A DNA stretch of 64,000 nucleotides. It comes from Planctomycetes bacterium UBA1146 (GTDB lineage Bacteria; Planctomycetota; UBA8108). The stretch spans positions 9,938 through 73,937 of the forward strand of contig CAUZHA010000005.1 in assembly GCA_963579555.1 (NCBI GenBank), written 5' to 3'. Below the pieces are notes generated by a model. It searched no databases, was not told the origin of the DNA, and saw nothing but the letters and a program-made list of their open reading frames with translations. Positions 19,531 through 27,853 of the stretch are shown one piece after another. The position numbers and the translations under genes were made by a program. Numbering within the stretch: the stretch's first letter is position 1; every line of letters begins with the position of its first letter.

Positions 19531-21861
19531 ATGGCTTTGATAACGACGAATACCAGGGTTCTGGCAAAGCGTTTTGTGGGGAATGGCAGGCGGGGGCCTG
19601 CCGCTCCAGGTCGAGTTGGCGTCGCGGGGGCATGGTTGCCTAACGCTCTGGCGATAGCCCTGTTTGTTTTATTCAGCGGCGGCTTCGTGTCTGCCGGCGG
19701 CGGTGATGAGGAGTGCCGCGATCCCGCTGCCCCCGCCGGGCCCTCTCCATCTGATGGGCAGACCGGCAGGCGAACTCGCACGAGCCTCCAGTGGGGAGAG
19801 AGGCAGACGATTCAGCGCAAGGTCGTCTATGGGGATGATGACCGCCAGGATGTTTACCAGGTAAACAACGAGGCCCTCCTGAGAATGTCCCAGGGGACCT
19901 GCGCCCTTGTCTCGCCCTTCAACATCGATCGACAGGCCGATGGCCGCTACCGGCTCTCGGGGACAGCCCTGGGAGCGGCTCGTGATCTCTGCGCATCGGA
20001 GCCGTTCCGGGAGCAACCCACGGCGGCTTTCTGTTCCGGTTTCCTGGTCAGCCAGGATGTGGTAGCCACGGCCGGCCATTGTGTTCCGGCAGGCGGCTGC
20101 GATGGGACAGCCTTCGTTTTTGATTACAAGATGATCGATTCAACCACCGCGAAAATGGTCATAGAGGAGGAGAACGTCTATTTTTGCGAAGAGGTCGTTG
20201 GCCATCGTCTTTCCGGAGGTGTGGATTACGCCCTGGTCAGGCTTGACAGGCCGGTTACCGGCAGGCAGCCAGTGGAGATCAGGAGATCGGGCAGGGTTCC
20301 AGACCGGACACCGCTGGTTATGGTGGGGCATCCTTCCGGCCTGCCGCAGAAGATCGCCGGCGGGGCCCGGGTGAGAGACAACTCAGCTTCAAGTCATTTC
20401 GTAGCCAATACGGACTCCTACGGGGGCAATTCAGGCTCGCCGATCTTCAATGAACTCACCAGCGAGGTGGAGGGCATCCTGGTCCGGGGAGTCGCTGATT
20501 ATGTTCCCGAGGGCAATTGCTACGTATCCAATCATTGCTCCGACGAAGGTTGCGATGGCGAGGATGCGACCCGCACGACTCATTTTTCCGACCTGCTTCC
20601 TCCTGCGGGCGGACCGGTTGTTTACGCGGTCTATCTGGGGCGCTGCGGCAACCTGGAGTCTCTTGGCGAGACCGGCGAGCGCAGCTGGATCGTATCAGGG
20701 CTGGAGATCAATACCGAGTATTGCTGGCAGGTGAGGGCGAGCAACGATTGCGGTTCGGTCGTCGGGGCTGTCTGGAGCTTTACCACCGGCGAGGAGGTCG
20801 GGCCGGATCCGAATCTGCCGAATGACAGCGTCGATAATGCCTGGCCCATCGAGGGACTCGGCGGCTCCTTCGATGATGCCAGCGACTCTGCGAGCCCGAT
20901 CCTGTGGTGGGCCTGGGAGGCTCCTCGCTCGGGGCGCGTGGTCTTTGATACCCGCGGCAGTGGTTTTGACACGATCCTTTCCGCCTACGATTCCGCCCGC
21001 GGGATCCTGGCGGAAAACGATGATGCCTATCACCTGCAGAGCGAGGTCAGCTTCGAGGTCGATGGCGGGGAGACCTACTACATTTCCGTTTCAGGCTACT
21101 CCGGGGCTACAGGCGACATCTCTTTGAACTGGTCTCTCGGAGGAGAGGCGCCCGCTCCCGGCCCGGCTCCAGGCGGAGGTCCGGTCAACGATGACCTCGC
21201 CGACCATCTCGAGTTCGACTCGAGTGAGGGGCGGGCGACCGGCAACAGCGATACCGCAGGTGACGAGGGCTGGGAAGGCGATCTCTTCGGAGGCGCCTCG
21301 GTCTGGTGGGAATGGACGCCTCCGACCGGAGGGCTTCTGCGGGTTGACACCATCGGCAGTGATTACGATACGACCCTGACAGTTCTCCGCGGCGATTCGC
21401 CCGGTGAGCTCTCGGTTCTTGGAATGAACGATGATTCCAGCGGGCTCCAGAGCCGGGTCGAGTTCACCGCAGAGGCTGGTCAAAGCTACCTGATCAGGGT
21501 CGCCGGGTATAGCGGCGCCACCGGCGACATCGTCCTCAACTGGCAGGTGCTGGAACCTTCTGAGCCTGTCGATGGTCCTGTCTGGTTCATGCGCTCAGAT
21601 GCGAACCAGGATGGCCTGTCGGATATGAGCGACGCGGTCGAGATCCTCGCCGAGCTCTTTCTCGGCGAGGGCCCCGGAAGGGGCTGCCCCCAGAGTCTCG
21701 ATGTCGATGACAATGGGGCTGTCGAGCTTACCGACAGCGTCTATCTGCTCACGTTTCTCTTCAATGGGGGAGATGCTCCGCCAGCGCCCTTCGGCTTCTG
21801 CGGAGTGGATTTCAGTGATGGTGGCCTCGTATGCGAGACCTACGCGCCCTGCGGCGAGTAG
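19531..21861 (+). CDS. Secreted trypsin-like serine protease with FN3-like domain, two PPC-like beta domains and dockerin
   Basis: TAGHC, DYAL, GNSGSP triad; two DT.GS.[FY]DT.L...NDD repeats; C-terminal dockerin; exact start uncertain. Confidence 0.85.
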   Translation: MALITTNTRVLAKRFVGNGRRGPAAPGRVGVAGAWLPNALAIALFVLFSGGFVSAGGGDEECRDPAAPAGPSPSDGQTGRRTRTSLQWGERQTIQRKVVYGDDDRQDVYQVNNEALLRMSQGTCALVSPFNIDRQADGRYRLSGTALGAARDLCASEPFREQPTAAFCSGFLVSQDVVATAGHCVPAGGCDGTAFVFDYKMIDSTTAKMVIEEENVYFCEEVVGHRLSGGVDYALVRLDRPVTGRQPVEIRRSGRVPDRTPLVMVGHPSGLPQKIAGGARVRDNSASSHFVANTDSYGGNSGSPIFNELTSEVEGILVRGVADYVPEGNCYVSNHCSDEGCDGEDATRTTHFSDLLPPAGGPVVYAVYLGRCGNLESLGETGERSWIVSGLEINTEYCWQVRASNDCGSVVGAVWSFTTGEEVGPDPNLPNDSVDNAWPIEGLGGSFDDASDSASPILWWAWEAPRSGRVVFDTRGSGFDTILSAYDSARGILAENDDAYHLQSEVSFEVDGGETYYISVSGYSGATGDISLNWSLGGEAPAPGPAPGGGPVNDDLADHLEFDSSEGRATGNSDTAGDEGWEGDLFGGASVWWEWTPPTGGLLRVDTIGSDYDTTLTVLRGDSPGELSVLGMNDDSSGLQSRVEFTAEAGQSYLIRVAGYSGATGDIVLNWQVLEPSEPVDGPVWFMRSDANQDGLSDMSDAVEILAELFLGEGPGRGCPQSLDVDDNGAVELTDSVYLLTFLFNGGDAPPAPFGFCGVDFSDGGLVCETYAPCGE

Positions 21862-21880
21862 CGTTCCAGGCTGAATAGAA

Positions 21881-21920
21881 AAAGGCCGGTCGGCAGAGTC
21901 CTGCCGGCCGGCCTTTGTTT
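21881..21920. terminator. Bidirectional intrinsic terminator between convergent genes
   Basis: aaaggccggtcggcag-agtc-ctgccggccggccttt 16-bp stem flanked by A and T tracts. Confidence 0.85.
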
Positions 21921-21940
21921 TATCCGGGAATGCCTTCGGC

Positions 21941-23248
21941 TTATTTCAGGGCCTTGATGCGGACATTCCTGTACTGAACGGGCGAGCCGTGTCCGGCGAA
22001 GCCGAAGTGGCCCTCCTTGCGATCCTTCCCCCCGACTTTTCTTCCCATGAACTTGGTTACCTGGCCGAGGTCTGTATCGAGGATGGTGGTGCCGTTGAGC
22101 TCGACGCGTATCTTTGAGCCCTGGACCGTCACCTGCTGGTAGTTCCATTCGCCCAAGGGGCGCTGGTAGCCGCGGTGGGCGGCGGCCATGCCGTAGGCCG
22201 AGCCGTGGTACTGACGCGGGTCGAGCTTGGCGTAGCCCTTGGCGCTGTTGTCGAGAACCTGGAGCTCGCACATCCCGACATAGGCCGTGTCACCCTTTCC
22301 AGGGTAGCGGATGGCGAGGCCATTGTTACCTCCCGGGGGCATCTTGAACTCAAACCGTACGGCGAAATCCGAGTAGATCTTCTTGGTGTAGATCGTTCCT
22401 CCGCCGCGCTTTGGGCAGGTGAGAACGCCGTCCTTGATCTGGTAGGCTGCGGTCGGGCCGGCCCAGCCGGAGAGATCTTTGCCATTGAAGATCGGGGTGA
22501 ATTCGTCTTCGCCTGCTTTCGAGAGGAGCTTGTTGGCCTCCTCCGCTCCGATTTCCCTGATGGTGATATTTCGCCAGCGGATCTCGCCGCCGTGGGTCTG
22601 GAGCTGGATCGGTCCGTTTCTGCGCAGCGGCAGCTTCCTGTTCCAGTAGTTTTCCATCGGAGCCATATCGATGACCTGCTTGCCGTTGAGCCAGACCGAG
22701 GTCCTGTCGCCAACCTGCAGGATCCGGAAGCTGTTCCACTGCCCGAAGGGCTTGTCTGCGAGTACGGATGGATCCTTGCCGGCGGCGCCCTTGGAATTGT
22801 TCCACAGGCCTCCGGAGCCCTTGTCGGCCCCGATACCCCACTTGCCGCCGGCCTTGGTGTAGTCCCAGATCTGCACCTGGGGACTCGCCCTGAGATAGAT
22901 GCCGCTGTCGGCCTTGGCGACGGTCTTGTAGTCGATCAGGAACTCGATGTCGCCGTAGCTCTTGTCGGTGGTCAGGTAGACTCCATGGCCATCGTTGACG
23001 AGCTCTCCGTTATCAACGGTCCAGTGCTTCCTGGCATCTTCAAGGTCGGCCGCGCGCTTCTTCGCCTGGTCCTCCTCGCTCATCTTACTCAACTTGTTGG
23101 GGTTGAAATGTCCCATTCCGTGCCAGCCGGTTAGATCCTTGCCATTGAAGATGGAGGTGAAGCCTTTCGGGGGATCCGCCGCCTCGGCGAGGGGAAACAG
23201 GGCGGACAAGCTGCAGAGAAGAAACAGGGGCACGGTGACTTTTCGCAT
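21941..23248 (-). CDS. Tandem DUF1080 (3-keto-disaccharide hydrolase family) protein
   Basis: Two IFNGKDL.GW repeats; DSGIYLR, GPIQLQTHG, GFAGHG..YRN; signal peptide from ATG 23248. Confidence 0.9.
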   Translation of the reverse strand: MRKVTVPLFLLCSLSALFPLAEAADPPKGFTSIFNGKDLTGWHGMGHFNPNKLSKMSEEDQAKKRAADLEDARKHWTVDNGELVNDGHGVYLTTDKSYGDIEFLIDYKTVAKADSGIYLRASPQVQIWDYTKAGGKWGIGADKGSGGLWNNSKGAAGKDPSVLADKPFGQWNSFRILQVGDRTSVWLNGKQVIDMAPMENYWNRKLPLRRNGPIQLQTHGGEIRWRNITIREIGAEEANKLLSKAGEDEFTPIFNGKDLSGWAGPTAAYQIKDGVLTCPKRGGGTIYTKKIYSDFAVRFEFKMPPGGNNGLAIRYPGKGDTAYVGMCELQVLDNSAKGYAKLDPRQYHGSAYGMAAAHRGYQRPLGEWNYQQVTVQGSKIRVELNGTTILDTDLGQVTKFMGRKVGGKDRKEGHFGFAGHGSPVQYRNVRIKALK

Positions 23249-23448
23249 GGGTGTGTTCCTTGGGGGAAAAAGAAACGACCGGCAAGGCATGCTCGATGGT
23301 CGAAAACACGGGATGCTGGAACGGCGTCCCAGTCTTACTCTTCCAGACGGCTTCCAAGCTAACCATAATAGTCGCGAGTGTAAAGACTCTCGCTGGCTTG
23401 TTCGCTGGAGAATCAAGCCGTGGCGGGGTAGCTGAGAGAGAAGACGTG

Positions 23449-25458
23449 TCAGTTCTGCCGGGAAGCTTCGCGGCGCAGTCGCTGGAGACTTTGCTGCATG
23501 CGCGAACGAGCGGCCTCATCTCTCTCCTGGCTGACGATGTTCTCGAGCTGGGGGAGAGATCCGACATTGTTGCGCCGCGCGAGAATTTCAGCCGCCTGGG
23601 ATCTCATATGCGGAGATGGATCACTTCCGGCGATTTGAAGGAAGAAATTGCTCGCTGTCTGGTTCTGTGAACTGGAGCCTGAGTGGATACCCCAGAGGAT
23701 GCTGTGACGGTTTTCACCATCTTTATGCACGTTGGGGTTGGAGAGGATCTCCCTGGCTTGCCGTATTCCATCATCGTTTCTCCCGAGCATTCGAGCCATC
23801 TCGTGGGCGGCTTCGCGGTCCGTTTCACGCCAGAGCTGCTCAGCGATATTGGATAGTCCCGCGCCATCTCTCTGGCGACTGAGCAGCCGCGCGTAGGCTA
23901 CCCTCTCAGCGGCGCTCTCGGCATTCTGAAAGAGGCTTCCGGCCTGTTCGGCGACAAGATCCGGATAGAGCCTCTCAAGCGACCGGCCCAGGTTCCTGGC
24001 GATATCGCTGTCGTTTTCCTTGGAGATGAGGTCCAGGAGCCTTTCGGGGGGCAGACCATTGCGGTTGCCCTCCTCGATGGCGCGTGCGATGGCGCGTCTC
24101 TGCTCGGGGTGAGAGCTCGATTCGAGAATATCTAGCATCGCTCCCATGGTCGCCCTGTCGGCGTTACGGCTCAGCCCGCGAGCCAGGGTCTCTACAATGT
24201 CTTCCCGGTCGCTGTTGGCGAGGAGGTCCATCATCGCGGCGGTTGCCTCCTGTCCTGAGGCCTCTCTGAGAGCGCGGGCCAGGGCTCGATCGTTCAATTC
24301 AAACTCAGGGTCGGCGGCGGCCTCGAGCAGCAGCTCGAGTCCTTCCTTGCCGCCGTTGCGGGCCATAGCGCGAGCTATGGATTCCTGCGCGCGCGGGTCG
24401 TCGGGAACCTCCCTGAGCGCATCGGCGAGGAAGTCCGTGTCGAGATCGTGAGAGAGGTTTTCGATTCCTTCCGCGACCAGTCTTTGCGACATGCCGGGCG
24501 GCTGTTCTTTCAGAAGTTTCATGAGTGTGTCAGGATTGCCATCCTCGAGGGACGCTCTGCCAATGCTTTCCATTAGTGAGCGCTTCTGCTCCCGGCTCCA
24601 GTCGTTGTCCATCAGATCGATCATGGCCCCCAGCTCCTCCGTTCCGGCCATGGAGCCCATGGCCTCAAAGAGGACTTGTGGCTTGATGTCAGGGCGGTCT
24701 TCGAGCAGGCCGATGAGAGAATCGACTCCCTCGTCTCCGTGCATCTGTCCGTAGGCGCGCGCGGCCTTCGATTGGAGCTCCCGGTGCGGGTCCGAGGCGA
24801 TGAAATCGGCAAGTTCCGGGGCGACCTCCTTGGCCCGTTCAGGCGGCAGCCTCTCGAGCGAGTCAAGGATCTCACGGCGATTGGCCAGGCTGTTTTCACT
24901 GTCGTCGAGAAAGCCCATGACAATCTCGACGCCGCGCTGGTCCCCGGCCATGATGAGCGCCTGGGTTAACGCCTGGAGATGTTGAGAATTTTCCTCGGTG
25001 AGGAGTCCCTGCAGCAGGAGGAGCTCTTCTTCGCTCAGGGGTTCGCCGCTGGATTCGGCCAGCTCTTCGAGCATTTCCCCGATGCTGTCATTCTCGCCGT
25101 TGGCAAGGGCTGTCTTGAGGTCGGAGAGAATTTCACTTCGGGGAGCTTCTTTTTCAGCCGGCTCCGAGTTTTCTTTCTCATCTGATGAGCTGGCGCTATT
25201 GCGCGAGGGAGCTTTGCGCTTGCGGGCTATTTTCCGATTCCCGGTGGGATCACCTGGACTCTTTGAGGTTGCCGACACACCGGCCTGGGCCGATATGATC
25301 TTCGACCGGGACTGGTTCTCAATATCTTCGAGGGAATCCTTGAGGATATAGCCGGAAAGAAATCCCATGCTGAAAAGGAAGAGGGCAGACAGAAGCAGGC
25401 CCAGGTACATTCTTTTAGCTATCATTAGCATCAAACCAGTTTCGATTCTTGTCGTCAC
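23449..25458 (-). CDS. Membrane-anchored HEAT/ARM-like repeat protein
   Basis: N-terminal TM, low-complexity linker, repeated R..AA..L helical units; start uncertain (25458-25424). Confidence 0.7.
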   Translation of the reverse strand: MTTRIETGLMLMIAKRMYLGLLLSALFLFSMGFLSGYILKDSLEDIENQSRSKIISAQAGVSATSKSPGDPTGNRKIARKRKAPSRNSASSSDEKENSEPAEKEAPRSEILSDLKTALANGENDSIGEMLEELAESSGEPLSEEELLLLQGLLTEENSQHLQALTQALIMAGDQRGVEIVMGFLDDSENSLANRREILDSLERLPPERAKEVAPELADFIASDPHRELQSKAARAYGQMHGDEGVDSLIGLLEDRPDIKPQVLFEAMGSMAGTEELGAMIDLMDNDWSREQKRSLMESIGRASLEDGNPDTLMKLLKEQPPGMSQRLVAEGIENLSHDLDTDFLADALREVPDDPRAQESIARAMARNGGKEGLELLLEAAADPEFELNDRALARALREASGQEATAAMMDLLANSDREDIVETLARGLSRNADRATMGAMLDILESSSHPEQRRAIARAIEEGNRNGLPPERLLDLISKENDSDIARNLGRSLERLYPDLVAEQAGSLFQNAESAAERVAYARLLSRQRDGAGLSNIAEQLWRETDREAAHEMARMLGRNDDGIRQAREILSNPNVHKDGENRHSILWGIHSGSSSQNQTASNFFLQIAGSDPSPHMRSQAAEILARRNNVGSLPQLENIVSQERDEAARSRMQQSLQRLRREASRQN

Positions 25459-25605
25459 AGGGTCAAGCCATTTACCTGATAGTCGTTCAGTCCGTTCCGT
25501 AATTGGACAAGTATCTTTCGAATTTATCCCTGGAACCGAGCGAACTTGCGGGCATCGGCTAGGATTTCCCGATGCGGCCGGTTTCCCCTGGCGCAGGGCT
25601 CTTGT

Positions 25606-25634
25606 TTGCGAATAACGCGGCCCGGGGTTATAAT
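25606..25634 (+). promoter_or_regulatory. Sigma70-type promoter, probably giving a leaderless mRNA
   Basis: TTGCGA(25606-11)-N17-TATAAT(25629-34); ATG at 25641 is 6 nt after the -10 box, no SD. Confidence 0.65.
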
Positions 25635-25640
25635 TCCGCC

Positions 25641-26150
25641 ATGAAGTTGAAGCTTGCCAAGGGTATTTCCTTTACCATCGACCATCGACTGGTCGTTGTT
25701 TGCCTGGTCCTGGCCCACATGATTTCACATCCCGTTCCCGCACGGGATTTGCATTATTGTTCTCTCAAAGGAGAACTCATCCAGAAGGGGAGTGGTTATC
25801 GCGGCTCATCCTCTTCCGGGCTCTGTTGCGCCGGGCAATCGGCCCCAGGGCCTGCCTCCTGCTGTTCGGGAGCGGAAGAAAAGAAAGAAATCCCGGCTGA
25901 CGGAGCCTCCATCTCCTGGCCTCCCTGCGCTGGATGCTGCCGCGAATACAGCCTGGCTGGCATCGATCCTCTCGTTGCAGCGTCCGTCTCTCCAGCCGCC
26001 GGTCTTGAGATGCTCCGGCGCGATATCGCCTCCGGGGCTGTCGAAAGTTGGGCTTTCCTGCCCCGGCCGGCCGTCTCGTGGCTCACCGAGCCGTCCGATC
26101 TTCCAGGCGTGCTTCCCATCTTTCTGCTCACCTGCCGCTTCCTGATCTGA
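25641..26150 (+). CDS. Cys-rich HYC_CC_PP-like protein (type found upstream of metal transport genes)
   Basis: Hydrophobic N-terminus, LHYC, three CC pairs, C-terminal PIFLLTCRFLI. Confidence 0.6.
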   Translation: MKLKLAKGISFTIDHRLVVVCLVLAHMISHPVPARDLHYCSLKGELIQKGSGYRGSSSSGLCCAGQSAPGPASCCSGAEEKKEIPADGASISWPPCAGCCREYSLAGIDPLVAASVSPAAGLEMLRRDIASGAVESWAFLPRPAVSWLTEPSDLPGVLPIFLLTCRFLI

Positions 26151-26262
26151 TCCCGGGATCTGTTTTCGATTCGAGGTCCGAGGAGGAATCCCCGGGCTTG
26201 CAGGTCGGAGATAAGCTGTCGGTTAGATGACTGAAGATCAGGGATTTGTAGAGGCGTATGCC

Positions 26263-27210
26263 ATGCGTATTTTAAAACGATTGAGAATCCATCAGGCGGC
26301 CATGCTCGCGGCGCTTGTCTTGCCGGCCGGCATTTCGGCCCAGGATGGAGGAATCGAGGTCTTGTCCGGCCACACAATTTTTGAATCGGGCAGCCGGATT
26401 TCTCTGAGCCACATTTATTCCAGTCGAGGCCGCTTGTTCAGCGGTTCCGACGAGATTCCGAATTCCTCCGACAGCTCCATGGAGGAGAATCGCGCTGTCC
26501 TCGGCTTCAATTATGGCCTGCTGCCGGATTTGTCGTTGAGTCTCCTGCTTCCGGTTCTCCAGAAGGAATCCAGCAGCGAGACCCCGCTGGGAGTGAGAGA
26601 GCGAAATCGCAGCGAAGGACTCGGAGATATGGCCCTGCTTGGCAAGTACCGGTTTTTCAGCGAGTACTGGGAGCAGAGCGCCTTTCATGTTTCCGCGATC
26701 GGTGGACTGGAGCTGCCGACAGGTTCAACGGAGGAACGTGATGGGACGGAATTCCTGCCCTTCTCCATGCAGCCCGGTTCCGGGTCGCTGGATCCGATCG
26801 CCGGCCTTGCGCTGACGCTGAGCACCGGAAGGTTTCGCTTTGACACGCATGCGATCTATAAGGCCAACAACGAGGGGAGCCGTGAATTTTCCGAGGGGGA
26901 CTTCTTTGCCATCAGCGGCAGCTTCGCCTATCGCTTTTATCATGCCCAATACCCCGGTCCATCGGCGAGCGCGAAGATCAGCTTGAGCTGGCGACATGAA
27001 GACCCTGATGAACTCAGCGGGATTGATCGGGACAATACCGGCCTGCGGGAATTGAGGCTTCGAGCCGGGTTGACCTACCATCCTTATCCTGAAATTGACC
27101 TGGTCGCCCTGGTCGAGGTGCCCGTTTATGGAAATTACAAGGCCGACGCGGGGGCGGGGCAGCTTGCCCTTGATGTGCGAACCTTTTTTGGTTTCGGAAT
27201 CCGTTTTTAA
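26263..27210 (+). CDS. Outer-membrane beta-barrel 'transporter' (MetA-pathway/phenol-degradation-like family)
   Basis: Signal peptide; GLGD..L.GKYRF, GLELPTG, QPGSGS.D; C-terminal FGIRF barrel signal; start 26227-26323. Confidence 0.75.
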   Translation: MRILKRLRIHQAAMLAALVLPAGISAQDGGIEVLSGHTIFESGSRISLSHIYSSRGRLFSGSDEIPNSSDSSMEENRAVLGFNYGLLPDLSLSLLLPVLQKESSSETPLGVRERNRSEGLGDMALLGKYRFFSEYWEQSAFHVSAIGGLELPTGSTEERDGTEFLPFSMQPGSGSLDPIAGLALTLSTGRFRFDTHAIYKANNEGSREFSEGDFFAISGSFAYRFYHAQYPGPSASAKISLSWRHEDPDELSGIDRDNTGLRELRLRAGLTYHPYPEIDLVALVEVPVYGNYKADAGAGQLALDVRTFFGFGIRF

Positions 27211-27224
27211 TCAGAAAGAAAACC

Positions 27225-27731
27225 ATGAATAAAGTGATGACTGTCGTTTCCGGATTTTTCCTCGCCGGCCTCTTCGGGTGCGCGAGCGAGCCCGAGATTC
27301 TTAACCCGGATGGCAAGGCCTACGCGATTCTCCATCTCGCCTTTGATTCGTGAATATGAAACGATTTGGCCTTCGGATTGGTGAAGGCCTTGAAGCGCCA
27401 GGTCGGCGCTCACGCGGTCGCGCTCGATACGATTGATGGAATTGCCAGTTACAGTCTCCTGGAGCCGAGGAAGATCGATTTCAAGGAGCTCGATAAAGCC
27501 TGTAAAAGCGCCAGCTACCAGCTCGTCGAAATAAAGCTCGAGGCCTGGGGCGATGTCGTTTCCGTTGCGGGCAAGGATGGCAGGTATCTGAAGATACGAG
27601 GGACCGGACAGTTGTTCGGGATATCCGGGAACCTTCCCGAAGGTAAGGTCGATGCCCTGGTTGGCGAGATTACCGGCTGGGATGGAGACAGTCCCATGTT
27701 CAATCCGGTAAAGCCGGCATCTGGCGGGTAG
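27225..27731 (+). CDS. Putative selenoprotein: HMA-like lipoprotein with two in-frame UGA codons (U43-I-U45)
   Basis: ATG 27225 and lipobox LFGC are in frame with ORF 27366-27731 through TGA 27351 and TGA 27357; the following AFGLVKALKRQVG..V.LD...G.A..L.KA...A.Y resembles the HMA fold. Confidence 0.65.
27368..27389 (+). promoter_or_regulatory. Candidate bacterial SECIS hairpin
   Basis: GGCCTTC-ggattggt-GAAGGCC; loop starts with G, 21 and 15 nt after the two UGAs. Confidence 0.55.
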
Positions 27732-27807
27732 TGAAGGCGACGGTCTTTTCATGAGAGAAAGACCTGAGGTGCCGGGTAGGCGCTACTGTTCAATCCGGTA
27801 AGGCCGG
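27697..27807 (+). repeat. 21-bp direct repeat, 90 bp apart
   Basis: tgttcaatccggtaaagccgg (27697-27717) vs tgttcaatccggtaaggccgg (27787-27807), 1 mismatch. Confidence 0.8.
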
Positions 27808-27853
27808 AGTCGCCGGGGAAGTTCAAGTTGGAGCGGTTGTCGTGTACCGTTGG

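Noticed and set aside
27207-27752. 181-aa minus-strand ORF
   Set aside because: The plus strand gives a lipobox, an HMA-like fold and operon context, so this is its shadow
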